DNA of 64,000 bases from Centroscyllium fabricii (Eukaryota). Under the pieces are notes generated by a model. The model was not told the DNA's origin. It was given only the letters and a program-made list of their open reading frames with translations, and did not search any database. The translations under genes were made by a program, and so were the position numbers. Positions within the stretch are counted from its first letter, which is position 1. Each line of letters begins with the position of its first letter. This document shows, one piece after another, positions 61,491-64,000 of this stretch. The DNA lies in NCBI GenBank assembly GCA_051313645.2, contig JBNRSN020000029.1, forward strand, positions 24,180,001 through 24,244,000, written 5' to 3'.

Positions 61491-64000
61491 CACTACATAA
61501 ATTCAAGATGTTGTTATAATAGTTTTTATAATATCCGTAACATAAAAATCCAAACTTTACAAAATTATCCACGCAAAATGCCAAAGGGAAATTCATTTGA
61601 ATAACATCCATTGCACCTTTGCAACACATCTTTCCACTTATTTGCGTTTCCTCAGTTTGCTGATAAATATTTAACTCACGGCCTGTTCACATTAATAGTC
61701 ACAAGCAGGATCAGATAGACTCAGCGTGTTTCACCGCTCGGGGATGTACCAAAGGCATAATCCAGTCATAACGGCACAGCTTATCGAGTCGGTGCCGGCT
61801 CACTGTGTAGATAATTCCAGTCCGTCCTGTTCCCCCGCCCTATCTCTGTAGCCCTGCAAGTTTATTTCCCTCAGGTACCAATCCAGTCTCCCCTTGAAAA
61901 CATCCTCCTGCTGTTTATTTTCATTATCCTACAGAATATTCGAAATTGACCTCAACATGTTATACACCTCTTAAATATCGGAATGCTTAGATTGTTGTAA
62001 TGATCGCTGCGATTCATCCAGATTTGATAAATTTACAGAAAATTAAATATCACAAAACCGTAATTGCCACCAGTAAACACGGTCAGTGACGTGTGAATTT
62101 AACCTGTTAGAAAGTATTTTTCAGCAGCTGCGATGTCCGAGTGGTTAAGGCGTTTGACTTGAAATCCAATGGGGTTTCCCCGCGCAGGTTCGAACCCTGC
62201 TCGCAGCGGGTTTTTTCATTATTGGAATCAACTAAAAATAATTTTCTTCAATCTGATTCCTCTGGAATGATTTTGAAATTTTCGATCTCGATTTTAAGGA
62301 AACTAAAGGACTGGCGACTAACCTGGATCACTTAATTACTTCAAGAAGGCTTGCTGCGTTTGCTGGCCAATTCTTAAAATTTGCTGCAGATTGTTTGGAA
62401 GCTCCAGATAAGGAGGCCTCGAGAGTCTCTGAGGAACCTTCTCAGACAATCGGTGCTGTCCGGTAGCATCATTCTGTTTAACAATGGGAGTGAGAGAATT
62501 GAAAGTCACTGGAAGGCTTGTTTCTGTTAGCAGAAATGGTATAAGAGCTGCCATTCTAAAGTAAAAAGCAGAATCCAGTCCAGGAGACAGTCCAGGAGAC
62601 AGACAAACGGAGAGGGGATCGCGAAGACTGACCAGAAACACACCAAGAAACGTATCAACAGATAAGTTATCTCTCCGACTCCCGAAGCAGAAGAATTGAC
62701 CATTCTGAGTTTCGAGTTGTACCACTGACGTAAAGGTTGTCCAAATCTCTCTGTGTAAAACTTGTACGAAATGTTAATAAAAACAATTGTTCGGAAAGTG
62801 CAATTGGTTGATCTTAGCTCTGATTACCCTAAAGAGTGAAGAGAGCTAAAACAAAAACCCAACAGTTCCTGCTGTCCAAGATAACATTTTCCTCGCGAGC
62901 ATGCTACACATAGCTCATGGCATGGTTCAAATTACTAATATATAGTCGGAATGGGAAACCTTGTCGGACTGTGGGGGAGAGCAGTGGAGTGGTGCGCGGG
63001 CATTTGACTCACTGGGCGAAACTTTTTCTTCCTTGTTCTGAATCTCGATTCAAACCGACCATTAAATCGATGGCAGTACTAATCCATTGTGTTCCGCAAT
63101 ATTAAGTTGCACTCTAACTATTTCTAGCCAACAATGTTAGCCTCCATTTACAAAAAACATTTTTCCACTTACGAATTATTTTGTTAGAATCAATTGCTCT
63201 GAACCTACATTGTCGCCTGTCTCGACATCCTGATATTGTAAACACTGCCATAAATATACTGCACTCAAATTGCTGTGAGAGCGAAGGGAAAGGTAAATGT
63301 GAAGATATTCTAACTTCAATAACACGATGATGATAAAATTCATTGTTTTCGATGCAATTGGGGGCAGCTTAAATGGTTCTTTAAACACATGAGCTGTGTT
63401 TTGTTTTGCTTGTTTTGGTTTTGCATTTTTAATGTAAGCAAGGAAGGAAAATATCTCTAATCCGAGATTCCTCGCTGTATTTATCGGCTCTGTCTATATC
63501 CCCTCCTGCTCACTGTTTCTTTATTCAGTTCTGAGCAATGACAGACAAGGGTATTAAGGGCGATAGAACCGAGGCGGCTGGATTGAGTTAAGATACAGAT
63601 TGAGTTGAGTTAATCAGCCATGATATAAATAAATGGGGGACAGGCTCGAAGGGCTGAATGGCCTCCCCCTGTTCCTGTGTTCCTATGTATGGTCCAAACC
63701 CCTAAAATAAACCTCTCTGTTTTCTCCACAGATGTTGAATGACCAGCCGTATGGGTCCAGTGTTTTTTTTGCTGTTTAAAGCTGGGTTTTGGGGGATGAG
63801 CTGATGAAGTGAAAACCTGTCGTCGATGGAGGGTGGGTTGGTTTTCTGGAAGGAGCAAGTCAACTGGGCCGGAAAATCCCCATCAGACAAAATCACCAAA
63901 ATATTCCCCACCTCACTACCGCATAACAGCAAGCACTGTTCCACTCTACCATATAAACCCAACTAGTGTCCCTTCAATTCGACAATCTTCACCAGTGTCC
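60790..64000 (+). repeat. Segmental/tandem duplication, copy B (matches 1-3257)
   Basis: Colinear match up to the window end. Confidence 0.97.
62127..62208 (+). tRNA. tRNA-Ser(TGA), D- and anticodon-stem mismatches
   Basis: Paralog of 1393. Confidence 0.88.

Overview
Vertebrate genomic DNA, most likely from a cartilaginous fish (inferred from HE1/V-SINE-like elements and the CR1/Penelope/Harbinger repeat set). No intact host protein-coding gene is visible. Bases 1-3257 recur at 60790-64000, so the window probably spans one ~60.8 kb tandem or segmental unit. That unit holds ~19 mostly decayed tRNA genes, including intron-containing Arg(TCG) and Pro(TGG), and three degenerate beta-defensin-like paralogs on the minus strand. 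Its mobile elements include a full-length chromodomain Gypsy (Tf1/sushi-like), two related non-coding mini-LTR elements with compensatory self-priming signals, a full-length CR1 LINE with a 92-bp monomer array at its 5' end, Penelope relics with hammerhead motifs, Harbinger relics, SINEs and solo LTRs. All coordinates were read by eye; no database search was run.
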